NCBI GenBank assembly: GCA_030390025.1
Contig: CM059432.1
Coordinates: 39,124,001-39,188,000 of the forward strand
DNA: 64,000 nucleotides
Reading direction: 5' to 3'
Origin: Squalus acanthias
Taxonomy: Eukaryota
A program made the position numbers and the translations under genes. The number at the start of each line of letters is the position of its first letter. Within the stretch, counting starts at the first letter, position 1. Of this stretch, positions 14,231 through 26,900 are shown piece after piece. The notes below the pieces were generated by a model. That model searched no databases and was not told where the DNA came from. It worked only from the letters and a program-made list of their open reading frames with translations.

Positions 14231-14667
14231 ATGAACTTGCAATACATGCCAAAAAGAAAGCAGTTAGTTATTAGCACGGCAATTAGAGTCGTTATTCGGA
14301 CATAAAATCTTCCAGCAAAAACAAATTAGTACTGTTGCTGTTAGGTTTCAGTTGTCAACATGCAAAAAGCTGGGTGGTCTCTAATGCCCTTTTAAAATGG
14401 GCAAGATTATCGCACTGCACATACGATGTGTGAAGATGACAGTATTGCAGCCTCCCCTTAAATAGTATTTATGAGCCGATTTGCATTGATAATCAGCTGA
14501 GCGCATGGTCTGTGTGAGAAAGCGCACCGGCGGTTGACAAGCCCTGCAGTCATTTTAAGTGCTGTGCTCCACGGGCAGGAAGTGGACAAGTTCAATAACT
14601 CATGAAATTCCTGTCCCTCACCACACAATTGCGCTGACATAAGCCATTAAGCTGACAGCGGTTTCCA

Positions 14668-15281
14668 GGCTAAGATCTCATGACCATGTAAGTAAGTCCC
14701 AGTATAACACTGCAGTCTGCCTTACAGACTCACACATTTTAATTCCTGCGCTGCATTCCAATGTAAATCCCAAAGTGTAAGCCTACTTTAGCTAATTTCC
14801 CTGGATTCTATTTAATCCAATGATGCATCTGGGCCTAAACCTAAATGAGGCTTTATTCAAGCATCGTGTGCTAATTTACAAATTACAAAATTAGTTGAGC
14901 ATTTTTATTAAATATCAAATAATTTTTTTCTCTGATAGTAATAAATATACTCAGGCACATTTTCTGGTGCGGAAGTTGTCCAACTGAAATGTAGCAAGCT
15001 AACTTTTCACTGACACTGCACTGGGCCAATGTGAAGTCGGCCTTAATTGGCCACCAATGGAGAGCTCCAAGTGTAGATTGTGCCTGCCATTAGGAGCTTG
15101 CCAAAGAGCAGTTGGGTGGAGTTGAGGGTGGCATTGGTCCTTAAAGGCAGCATTTAAAATGATGCAGCCCCTTAAACGTTATTTATATTGGAATGCAGTG
15201 TAGGAATTAAAATGTGTGAGTCTGTAAGACAAACTGCAGTGTTATACTGGGACTTACTTACATGATCATGAGATCTTAGCC
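14668..15281. repeat. ~100 bp inverted repeat pair (14668-14768 / 15181-15281), possible long-TIR element
   Basis: Arms are near-perfect reverse complements with a ~410 bp spacer. Confidence 0.85.
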
Positions 15282-16338
15282 ACTTAAACGTAAGTGGCTG
15301 CTAATGGGATTTCAGCATTTCCATAGGTTGCAAATATATTGATTGGCCCTGAAATTCTGTGGGGGAATCTCATGGCCTCCCACAGGAGCGATGGCAGAAC
15401 CCGCAGGGAAATGATGTAAGTGGCCATTTTCAATCTTTCAAGCTCCTTACCTGGGGGATTCGACTGCTCTCCTGCCAAAAATTTGGAACCCCTTTGGAAT
15501 TTCAGGGCCTGTATATTTCAGCCTCTCCAAAGGAGTGACTGGGAAAAAATAAACAAAGGAAAGGCAAAACAAATGTGGAGGCAGAAAACAGAATCTGAGG
15601 GAAAATGATGAAACTGTGTAGCACCCTAATCCCGTTTGGTAGCTGGTGATGTGGAAGTGTTGCTGCATGAGGTTCATGTGAGAATGGTTGTCCTATATGG
15701 CACACCTGGGCACTGTCATGTTCTGGTATTTTTGATCACTTTACCATGGAAAGGACCTTGGTATGATTTATATTAAAATGCTACCTTTAAATTAAATCCT
15801 GCTCCCAAGGGATTAAAATTACCACAATAGCCGGAGGATGGGGATGGGAATTGGGAGGGGTGTGTAATAAAGCTAGACGGACCAGTTTGTGGAATGTTGC
15901 TGCTTACATACCACTTTAGACTAAGACAGTAAGAGTAGCTGGTATTTCTGTGGCCTAAAATTGGGGCAACTCGCTTTACTGGCCAGCAAATTGGAACAGA
16001 AGCCATTTCTGCCCATTTTGCACCCCAAGAAAAGGCACCCAAGTTTCCTAATGCGATTTGACCCTTTCCATGATCTGAATGCCAAGTCACTGTAGGTGGT
16101 TTGCCTTGGTGGTTCGAATCACCTCTCCTGCTTGGTTCTAGACGACAGGAATTACGGTGACTGGATTGGAACACAGACAAGCTTTTCGGACTCAACCGTA
16201 CGGTGTTTAATAAGGTTAACACACACACCCACCTCCAGTACATAAAATGCCTGGTGGCATAAAACAAACAGTGCAACAATACAACAGGCCCCTGTCTCGT
16301 ATTAAGATGCCTAAAATCACACTGTGTTGCTATACAGA

Positions 16339-16991
16339 AATGAGAAGTCGCACAACACCAGGTTATAGTCCAACAGTTTTATTTAAAATTACGAGCTTTC
16401 GGAGCGCTGCTCCTTCTTCAGGTACAAGTACAGTGAGGGAATACAAATCGGCAGTATATATACACAGAGAGCAATTTGTCTGCAGAGATACAATCTGTTA
16501 GGAAGGCATTACATCAAAGACACATCAGAGTACAGCTAACACAATGAGGTGGGTCACAGGGGGTCCAACGTGTCAAATGTTGCCGTCTGCAGTTGAGCTT
16601 TTAACTTTTTTGGGGGGTTTTTTGTGGGTTTTTTTAAACTGGAAAGACAGACAACGATGTCGAGTCACGTTCTGTAGCGTGACATGAACCCAAGATCCCT
16701 ATTGAGGCCGTCCTCATGGGTGCAGAACTTGGCTATCCGTTTCTGCTCGATGATTTTGCGTTGTCGTGTGTCTCGAAGGCTGCCTTGGAGAACGCTAACC
16801 CGCAGATCCGAGGCTGAATGTCCTTGACTGCTGAAGTGTTCCCCGACTGGGAGGTAACAATCCTGCCTGGCGATTGTTCCGCGGTGTCCGTTCATACGTT
16901 GTCTCAGTGTCTGCATGGTCTCGCCGATGTACCATGCTCCGGGGCATCCTTTCCTGCAACGTATGAGGTAGACAACGTTGGCCGAGTCACA
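16339..16991 (-). mobile_element. 5'-truncated Penelope-like element (GIY-YIG C-terminus + 3' pLTR)
   Basis: CDSANVVYLIRC...WYIGET...RMNGHR...GLN; 8-bp TSD TATACAGA (16331-16338 / 16992-16999); absent from the 5' LTR. Confidence 0.92.
16390..16425 (-). ncRNA. Minimal type I hammerhead ribozyme motif
   Basis: UAC-CUGAAGA-A-GGAGC(AGC)GCUCC-GAAA-GC-UC-GUA: both conserved boxes, 5-bp stem II, palindromic AGCU stem III. Confidence 0.8.
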
Positions 16992-17827
16992 TATACAGAG
17001 TATAACATGGACTTGTCCCACAAACCCCGGAACAATCACTATATAATACACACAGAACCTCCCCACTAAGCCCCTCTGGATTGGTTGGGGGACACAACAC
17101 CCCCTCACACAGTACCGGTGGTCTTAAGATGCGTGGGCTTGGACAATGCTCACCCCGATTGTCCATTTTCTTGCTCGCTACATCCCTGTGTAGAGCGTGT
17201 CTCCTAGTTCCGTATCGCCAATGCAGTATCCAAATCCCAGTTTCGAGGTTTGTTCCTACAGTCGAAGAGCAAGGCGAGGCTCTTGTTGCTCGTGGTGGTT
17301 TCTTCTCTCCATCTCGGACGGAGTGCTCGGTTCTTGGTTCAGAGATGAGGGCACGCGAAGGCGAGAGCAAGCGAGAGAGAGTGAGAATGGCCAAAGCTGC
17401 CTTCTCTTATACCCTAAAAGTTCATTAAGGTCTGTGTAGTGCAGTGCTGTCTTTTTAATCACCCTTCTTTGTCTGGTTTCCCGCCTTTCGGCGCTATCCC
17501 ATCTAGGTGCTAGTGTTAATGGCAGATGATGGGCCGCACTTCTCACCCGATCCTGGGTTAAGTGGTTTCTCATTCATTTACAATGGCCCTCCATCTTCTG
17601 CCCGTTACTGTATGAGCCACCTACTCGGGCCCATTGTTTCCCAGAGAACTCTGTCTGCTCAGACATTCTCCCGTAATCAGTTTGTAGGCCTGGCTGGAAT
17701 CTCCTGTCCATCACGAACACCTGGGCCCCGCCCATCTTCTCCAAACAGGCTGCTGGTCAATCAGCAGCAACAATCATACAAAATGTCCGATACAAAAAAA
17801 TCCTTGGGGCCTGCGCTGATGCTTACA

Positions 17828-17840
17828 GACCCCCCTTTGA
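17828..17840 (-). promoter_or_regulatory. Polypurine tract
   Basis: AAAGGGGGG-TC immediately before the TG of the 3' LTR. Confidence 0.85.
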
Positions 17841-17861
17841 TATTTCAATATCCCCACTGGA

Positions 17862-20800
17862 ATAGAAACATAGAAGATAGGAGCAGGAGTTGGCCATTCG
17901 GCCCCTCGAGCCTGCTCCGCCATTCAATGAGATCATGGCTGATCATCCAAATTCAGAACCCTGTCCCTGCTTTCTCCCCATATCCCTTGATCCCCTTAGC
18001 CTTAAGAAATATATCAAACTCCTTCTTGAATATATTTAATGAATTGGCCTCAACTGCCTTCTGTGGTAGAGAATTCCACAGGTTCACCATTCTCTGGGTG
18101 AAGAAATTCCTCCTCATTTCTGTCCTAAATGGCTTACCCCTAATCCTTAGACTGTGACCCCTGCTTCTGGACTCCCCGACCATTGGGAACATCCTTCCTG
18201 CATCTAGTCTGTCCAGTCCTTTCAGAATTTTATAAGTTTCAATGAGATCCCCTCTCATTCTTTTAACTCCAGCGAGTATAAGCCCAATCGACCCAATCTC
18301 TCCTCATACGTCATTCCTGCCATCCCAGGTGTCAGTCTGGTGAATCTTCGCTGAACTCCTTCCATGGCAAGAACATCCTTCCTCAGATAAGGCGACCAAA
18401 ACTGCACACAATACTCAAGATGTGGTCTCACCAAGGCCCTGTACAACTGCAGCAAGACATCCTTGTTCCTGTACTCAAACCCTCTCGCTATGAAGGCCAA
18501 CATACCATTTGCCTTCTTAACCGCCTGCTGCACCTGCATGCTTACCTTCAGCGACTGGTGCACAAGGACACCCAGGTCTCGTTGCACTTCCCCTTCTCCC
18601 AATCTATTGCCATTCAGATAATAATCTGCCTTCCTGTTTTTGACACCAAAGTGGATAACCTCGCATTTATCCACATTATATTTGTAGAGATTCTAATAAT
18701 GTGAGAGATGCAGGTTCAATTGTACATTTTTATTGAACGAAAGGCTGCTTTTAATATAAGGACACAGCAGCCTGTAAAATGGCCGTCGAGCATCGTGGCA
18801 GACGTTTCCAGAACACAGTGGGCAGACAAGATGGCGCTGAATATACATTCATTATAAGACCACACTTGGTACAGATTGGGAAGGCAGGATGCAACCCATT
18901 TGCGTTTTGGACAAAAACAATGATATAAGTGCTTGAATCGTTTCATATGCACGGTGAGAATCATTGCACTGGACAATCGGGGGCCCATCCAGACACATCA
19001 ATACACAAATAACCCCCCCCCCAGCTCAACAATGAGAGAGACATTGACGGGTGATTGGGCCAGTTTTCAGGGGATCCCGAAACCAGTTGAGGAGACGATT
19101 TATACACATCCTGCCTAGCTCAACAATGAAGAAGACATTAACGGATAGTTGGCCAGTTTGGCGTGATCCCGAAACTAGTTAAGAAGACAATTACCCCATA
19201 CCGGGAACTTTGGGCGCCAAAATTAAACAAAAGACAGCATCTTGATTTGAGCGGGAGATAAGGCCCGGCCAAACAGTATAACTATAGAGGACGAATGTTC
19301 CTCAAGAGATTAGTCAGATTGGAAGAGTTACGGAGATTGGAAGAGTCTTGGTCTTGCAGTCTTGTGCGTGTCCTGCCCGCGGTGCTGTGCTGGTCCGGTG
19401 TTCGAGTGTTGGGTGGAGTTCGGGTTCGAGTTCGTTGTTCATGGTCCGTGTCGGCCAGAAACGGAACCTCAGAACGAGCCACCTCGACACGGCAGGCAGT
19501 AGGGTACACCATCCCGATCGTCGGTAAACGGTGTCTGGATCCATCAGGGCAACGCAGCGGTGTGTTCCCGAGCGACCAGCCGCCGGTAGCGAAGAAGACA
19601 AGAATCTCGGCCGAGCGAGGCCCGAGTGACGAGAAGAAATTCCACGTGGGAGACGCCACGGTCAGTAAAACCCCGACCGCGCCCGAAGATAAACGACGAA
19701 GTAGGTTCAAATCCACCTTTTTGAATCCTACCGAAGATCCAGGAAGACAGGCTTATCTTCTGGTTATTTGAGCGGGTAGCCTGGGCCATCCGCGACGAAC
19801 GTTCATCAGGGCTGTCTCAAGTGGGTCCATCGCGGCAGCGAGTGTAAACAAGTCGAGCTCAGAAGCCCTTACAGCCACGTGACAGCCAGGCGCTGCAGTG
19901 AAAAGCTGCGAGCCTCATTTTAAATTCCAGAGTAACCCGAGTGGTGAGCATGTTTCCCGACCCTACAAATCCAGACGTAGTTTAGGTATTGTAAGGGAGG
20001 GTGGTTCCTAAGGTTAATGTGTAATGTGTTCCCCCTTTTACGATGTGTCGTGTGTTCCCCATTTGTATAGACCAAGTTTTATAGACGTGTGTATACTTGT
20101 AATTTCTTTGATCTGCGCATATGACATGTATTTCATTATTTTGGACACCGTACAATAAAGGCATTCATTTCGTGCTATTCAACCAGGTCTATTTGAGTCT
20201 TTCTCTGCATTACTGCTCCTTTGCATCTAAGTCCAGGTGTCAGAACCGTAAGGGCGAGTGGGTCGAACCACTCACAGGTGATTATTGCAAAAGTCTGGCC
20301 GGAGACCAGAGCAAGCAATAGCACAGGCAACGAAAGCCTCACCTCGCCGCCCCCCTTACATATTGCATCTGCCATGCTTCTGCCCAATCACCCAACCTGT
20401 CCAAATCATTCTGGAATTTCTCGGCATCCTCCTCACAGCACACACGCCCACCCAGCTTTGTGTCGTCTGCAAACTTGGAGATATTACATCTAGTTCCCTT
20501 GTCTAGATCATTAATATATATTGTGAATAGCTGGGGTCCAAGGACCGATCCCTGCGGTACCCCACTAGTCACTGCCTGCCACTCGGAAAAAGACCCATTT
20601 ATTCCAACTCTTTGCTTTCTGTCTGCCAACCAGTTCTCTATCCAAGTCAATACCTTGTCCCCAATCCCATGTGCCTTAACTTTACACGCTAATCTCTTAT
20701 GCGGGACCTTATCGAAAGCCTTTTGGAACTCCAAATACACCACATCTACTGGTTCTCCCTTATCTATTTTACCAGTTACATCCTCAAAAAATTCCAGTAG

Positions 20801-21397
20801 ATTAGTCGAGCACGATTTACCTTTTCTAAATCCATGTTGACTTTGTCCGATCCTGTCATTGTTTTCCAAGTGCTCTTCTATTACATCTTTTATAATGGAC
20901 TCTAGCATCTTCCCCACTACCGATGTCAGGCTTACCGGTCTGTAATTCCCCGTTTTCTCTCTACCACCTTTTTTGAATAGTGGGGTAACATTAGCTACCC
21001 TCCAATCCATGGGTATTGTTCCAGATTCCATCGAATGTTGGAAGATGATCAGCAATGCATCTACTATTTCTAGGGCCACTTCCTTAAGTACCCTAGGATG
21101 TAGATTATCAGGCCCTGGGGATTTATCGGCCTTCAATCCGCCAATTTCCGTAACACCATTTCCCTACAAATACTTATTTCTTTCAGTTCCTCCCTTTCAT
21201 CAGACCCTATGTTCCCCGACATCTCTGGGAGGTTATTTGTGTCCTCCTTTGTGAAGACAGAACCAAAATATGTATTTAATTGGTCTGCCATTTCTTTGTT
21301 CCCCATTATAAGTTCCCCTGATTCTGACTGCAAGGGACCTACGCTTGACTTCACCAATCTTTTTCTCTTCACATATCTATAGAAGCTTTTACAGTCA
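17862..21397 (-). mobile_element. 5'-truncated CR1 LINE in the proviral 3' UTR, split into 20361-21397 and 17862-18682
   Basis: RT reads ...DWAEAWQMQY | NVDKCEVIHF... across the gap; CR1 3' UTR and short tail at 17862-17945. Confidence 0.93.
18683..20360 (-). mobile_element. 1.68 kb solo LTR
   Basis: TG...CA termini (minus: TGTAAG...CTACA); 4-bp TSD TATT (18679-18682 / 20361-20364); AATAAA on minus near 18730; splits a contiguous CR1 RT. Confidence 0.85.
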
Positions 21398-21518
21398 ATC
21401 AAGCATCCTTGTCTTCTTCCACTGTGTAGAAGCATCGTGAGCCCCAACCAAGCCATTCATTACTGTTAAAATCCCCAGGTTCTGTTCTTTAACCACAAAT
21501 ACATACTTATACAACTTT

Positions 21519-23848
21519 TTACAGAGAACAAAACTCCTGGTTACCCTTTAATCGGGGCCTGCCAACGACTTCGGAGTGCCTTGCTTCGCTTTTTACAGGA
21601 GAGCCGTAACAAGTACAATACCACCAAACTCTGGATAATTACAAGAGCGTGCGAACATATCCGGATCTACGGACGGATCTCGACATTTAACCCAATGTCC
21701 CACCAGGGCGGGGAAATCATCCCTTTAATTTCCTCCCGTGTCCCGGTTTCGCTGTTCGAGCGTGTAAAAATGTTTCTTTGACAGCTCCACGGCTTTTATT
21801 AATTTTGTGAGGTGTTCGGGCAGAGGCTGTATCTCATACCCGAACCGTGTAACGTACTGCTGCAGATTCTGTACCGTGTTGTTTACCATGAGGTGTACTG
21901 TGGATGGCTCTGAAATGGGAAGGATGTGCTCTTGCGCCACCTGAACTTCTGTGTGGGGTTTGAAGCAGAAAGTCGAATCGGTGACCGGGCACCAAGTGTC
22001 GTTGTGTACCCGATACTGGTCCACGCTTGTCGTGACGCAGTACGTCCCGTCGCCCACATATGCTACCTGAGGTGGAACGTGGCTCTGGGCCATCACCTCC
22101 ATGGTGCAATTAATGGGCTCTGCACTTTCAGATTCAAACCCACACACTGGACGATCGAACGCGTTCAGGTGTTGGGGACACAATATCATGTGTGCGCCCC
22201 TGCTCTGGCACCCCTTGAGGTCAGTGCTGATCATGGCATGCTCCCACTTTATAACAAACGGTGGGGCTCCATGATACCGCACATGCACCCTGTCCCTCAA
22301 GACGCCAATGTTATCGACCTGGTATACCGGCACTGGCTGCGGTGACCCGCCCATTGCCGGCATCCGCAGTACAATCCCCATAATCGTGTGGTTGGACCGT
22401 CTGCAATCAACTGGGACTGGGTAGGCTTCGGAAGCTAATCGGAGCTGACACGGGCTCATCGAATTATGATACGGGCTGAGCGCTGTGAGGTGCCGGTTGC
22501 TAACCCAAGACGGGACGCGACCTTGTTGTAAGTCCTCCAGATTACTGCATCCCTCGTTTAGCAACCACGCACCGTACAACACACACGCATCACTTCTGGC
22601 TGCCTGTGCCGAGGCATTTCTGTCCTCCTGTATCAAATCGTTGATGGTCTTGGCGTGTGTCTCCAGCTCAGCGATGACCTCTTTTAAATGAATGGTCATC
22701 GCCTGGTCTTCTTTTAGCTCCGACCCTTCCACCTCGTTCCCTTCCCCCAGTATCTTTCGCAGCTGGTCCTTTAAACTATTAATCTGCAGCTGGATATCAT
22801 CCATACTATTGACGAGGGACGTGCCCGTGCTAAAAGCTGTGGCCATGTCATTAACCGTCCCTCGCCTTTGTCTACCCGGATTGCCTTTATCGTACGCATC
22901 CATGCCATACAGTTTCTCCCGACTCACATCCCCGTAGCTGAGCTCGACAAATTGGCGGAACATTTCTTTAATAAGGGCTTTGTAAAACTACTCCGTCTCC
23001 TTCGGACACCACTCGGGCAGCTTCACCCGAGTTAAATTTAAATGACCGACGCGGCCGCGTAATGTACATCCTGGAATAAAACCTTCCCGATCGGGACTAG
23101 AACTAAACCATTCCCTGGGCCTGGTGTGGTGGCGGGACACCTAACTTCCATCTCCTGTGGGGCTGTGGGCAGGGGCTTCCTATCGTGCACTACCAGTTCC
23201 GTGGAATTTATTGTGTTGGGAGGGTCTGGGACTACGCAAGCATCCAAACTCCGATCCCATCCCATACCGGCCCCGGAATCCTGCCATTGCCGTATGAAAG
23301 CAATCGACACACCCGCTGGGCAGATCCGTTCTGACCCTCACACATACACATAAATCCTCTGTTCCTCCTTCCACCACTTGTTCCAGCACACTTCCACTCC
23401 CCCCTTCGTCCCCGTGATCTGTCGGTATGTGTCGTTTCCCAGTCCGCTGACCTGTTCCCCTTGTCCTGACTCAACTTCCTAAGCCACCACCACCGTCCCA
23501 GGGGAATGTGTCCCTTGCATCTTAAGCACATGCGCTTGCCCTCGGTCACCCGAACCCGTGTGGCTGTGATCTTCAGTTGGGGACATGGTAGGGAAGCCTC
23601 CCCGTACGTGAACCCAGCATGGCTGGAGTATTTCATCGAATTGGACCCCAGCCATCCTGGCCATCTTCCTTCATGGAAGTAGGCTGCCATCCCGTCTGTG
23701 GTTCCCCCCCCCCACCCTAGTCACAGTGGGTCCGTCCCCCCACCCCCCCAGTACAGCCGTAGAGGAGGGACGACTCGGTGTCCCCTCTCCTGCTGTGCCT
23801 CGTTCCGGCCAACATCAAGATCACGCTCAGTCTCAGGGCTGTCTCCAT
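21519..23848 (-). pseudogene. env: env: F-type (paramyxo/pneumovirus-like) class I fusion glycoprotein, disrupted
   Basis: Signal-like METALRLSVILMLAG; furin site RQRR (22862-22873); heptad DDIQLQINSLKDQLRKIL; Cys-rich block; second heptad; PPWWD; TM-like ICSHALVIIQSLVVLYLL after a frameshift; 412-aa open segment 21725-22963. Confidence 0.85.
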
Positions 23849-23862
23849 TCCGTCCTCAGCTT

Positions 23863-23885
23863 CCTATGAAACAAAAAGCAACAAT
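23863..23885 (-). promoter_or_regulatory. Candidate env splice acceptor
   Basis: TTGTTGCTTTTTGTTTCATAG|G, 15 nt upstream of the env ATG. Confidence 0.65.
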
Positions 23886-23989
23886 CCCTTTCTGTGAGAG
23901 GGTTTACCTCCACAGGTCTGGCTTCGTTATATACAAGAACTATGTACATTAAGACCATGTACATCACTACCCGTGTTGCCGGGTGCCCC

Positions 23990-26900
23990 CACTAAGGCTC
24001 AGCTCGCCGGGGCCTTTTGCGGTTCACGGTCGGCGTGTAAGGAGGCGTCCTCGGCCGTGGGACCCTACTGTTCCTCCTTACTGTCCCAACCACCTGGTCA
24101 TCGTCGTCCCAAATCATGGGAGGAAGACCCGCGTCCACCATGCTCATTATTGGGCCTTGATGTCGTTTTACTTTTGTTGTTCTCTCCCCTGGGTTAAACC
24201 GCTTGCACTGTTACTATGGAACCACTTTGTGCGTTTTGGAGTTTAACCGCGTACACCATGGGGCTTGCCTTGTCCACTATGCTATACGGCCCCATGTATA
24301 GTGGCTCAAATGCCCCTACCCGGGCATAGTTCCGTACCATTACCTGGTCTCCCACCTTCCACTCGTGGGTTTTCTGGGGCTCGAGCAGCAACCATTTTTT
24401 TCGGTGTTGGTTCCCCATGTTACTGGTTGCCTGCCAGTGAGTCTGTTTTAATTTATCATACAGATTCTGTACAAACTTGTCCCGGTTCACTTCCCGGAAT
24501 TGGGCTTCCATTAGGACCGGTGCCAAAACGTGGGTGGGGGTGCGCATGACCCTCCCGGTCATGAGCTCATGCAGGGAATACCCTGTGCTTCTGGAGAGGC
24601 TGGCCCGGACACCCATTAAAACTAACGGCAGGACCTCATCCCACTTTTTCAGGACGACCCTGTCTCTTTCCTGAGCCTTTCTTTAATCGTTCGGTTAAGG
24701 CACTCCACAACCCCCGATGACTGTGGGTTGTGAGCCACATGCCACTTCCCCTCAATCCCTAAAAGCTTCAAGGTGGCCTGCATTATTTGCCCCGTGAAAT
24801 GACTCCCTTGGTCGGACTCCACAAACTGTGACAGTCCCCACCGGGAGAACAGTTCCTTTACCAGAATCCTTGCCGTCGCCAAAGCCGTGGCTGCTCGGCA
24901 AGGGAAGGCTTCCACCCACTTGGAGAACACGTTCACCAGGACTAGGCAGTATTTGTTACCTGCCTGTGTGGTGGGTAGTGGTCTGATGTAATCGACCTGG
25001 AGGGACTGCCATGGTCCCTCTACCCTCCTTGTGTGTCCTATGGGGACTTTCCTACGCTGAGGATCGGGGTTGTTTGCTGCGCACACCAGGCAGTCCGCGC
25101 AAAAGTCGTGGACATCCTCCCTGACTTACGGCCACCATCCTGCCTGTTCTACCCTCTGCCAGGTAGTTTCCGGCCCTGGGTGTCCCGCTCCTGGACCCCC
25201 GTGGGCCAATTGGAGGAATTCCCTCTGGTACCGCTTGGGAACTATCCACCGATCCCCTTTAAATAGCATCCCCTCTTTAACGGTAATGTCCGCTGCTCCG
25301 AACCTACCCTCTACCTATTCACCCTTTTCCTTCTTCCCCAGGATAGCCTAAAGGACGGGATCCTGGGCTTGGACTTGTTTTAAGTCCGGGGCCAAAGTTA
25401 CCCCTGGTGTTCCTCCCTTGTCCCGGATTGCTGCTACCGGGCTTACTTCATAGGGATCCCAGAACTCTCCTTCCCTGGCCCCCTGCTTGGCCAACTCGTC
25501 GGCCCTTTGGTTACCTTCTGCTCTGGGCTCTGTCTTAGAGTGGGCCTTGACCTTATGTATATAGTGATCTCCCCGGGTGCCTGTGGCCTCCAAAATTCTC
25601 CCTAGCAGCGGTGCTGTTGCTAGGGGCTTCCCATCCGCGGATTTAAAACTGCGCTGAGCCCAGATGGCCAGGTACTCGGTGCACGAATTACATGTAAACA
25701 TGGAATCCGAGCAGATGGTGTAGGGGGTGGGGAACTCGTCGGGGTGGGTGACCACATACACCACCACCGCCAGTTCAGTGTGCTGAGCGCTCAGGGTGCT
25801 GGGGAGTTTAAGGGCCTCAGCTATCTTAGCTGTGGGGTCATAAATCCCGCACCCGGTGAAGCGCTCCCCCTTTGCTACCGAACTGGACCCGTCCACATAA
25901 ATGTCCCGGCCCGTCGGGTGTAACCCGGCCCGAAACCCGACATCCACGTCCCATACCCCTTCTACTGTACACGTGTGGGCCGTACCTGGGGAAATCATGT
26001 TCGCTGCCAACTTGCGCTCGGTCAACCCCTGCACTCTCAGATTCATCTGCGAGAGCAATAAAGTCCAGCGAGCAATGCGAGCACTGCTCACTGTCCCGTC
26101 CTTTATTCTCCCGTCCAACAACATCTGAGTGGGGGTATGGTGGGTGAGTAGAACTATTAGGGATGATCCCGTAAAGAGCTGTGAGCGCTTTATGACCCAA
26201 TGCGTGGCCAGGAGATGCCTCTCGCAGTTGGAATATCCCCGTTCTACCTCGGTGAGAACCCTAGATGAGTAGACTACAGGCCGTAGCTTACCGTGTCGCT
26301 CCTGGAGCAACACCGTGCTCAAGCTATCCCCGCTGGCTGCTACCTCTAAAAAGAATTCCTCTCCACCGTTGATGGCCCCCAGTGCGGGAGCTGTCTACAA
26401 ATCCTCCTTGAGGTGTGTGAACGCTTCCTGGCAGTTCTGGTCCCACTCCCATCCGACTCCCTTGCGGAGGAGCCGAAGCAGACGGGCTGCCGTGGCTGCG
26501 TAACCCTCAATAAAATCCCTGCAGTACCCTGTGAGTCCCAGGAAGGATCTTACCCCTGTTACGTCCTTGGGGGCTGGTAACTCCTGTACTGCCTTTCTTT
26601 TTGCCTCATCTATGGCTCTTTTCCCTGCCCTTACCGTCAGCCCGAGGAATTTGACTTCCTCGCGGCCGATCTGGGCTTTCTTTGGGTTTACTTTAAACCC
26701 GGCCTCCCTCAGCAGCTCGAGCAGCTCGGCCAGCAGTAGCCCATGCTCCTCCCCCTCGGTGGAGAACAAAAGCAAGTCGTCCACGTACTGTACTAGCTGC
26801 TGAGGTCGGCTAAAACACTTTAAGGTGTCCTCCATACACTGGTGGAATATGGAAGGGCTGTTATGAAAACCCTGGGGAAGGCATGTCCAGGTGTACTGTT

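Larger units (their letters stand above)
16091..17827 (-). repeat. 3' LTR (TGTAAG...CCTACA on minus), interrupted by a Penelope insertion
   Basis: Direct repeat of 29570-30651; TG...CA ends; PPT adjacent; ATTAAA at 16206-16211. Confidence 0.95.

Noticed and set aside
17507..18157. 216-aa plus-strand ORF
   Set aside because: Chance antisense frame crossing the LTR/CR1 junction
18683..20360. Accessory-gene region of the provirus between env and the 3' LTR
   Set aside because: It lies inside a CR1 with its own TSD and TG..CA ends, so it is a later insertion
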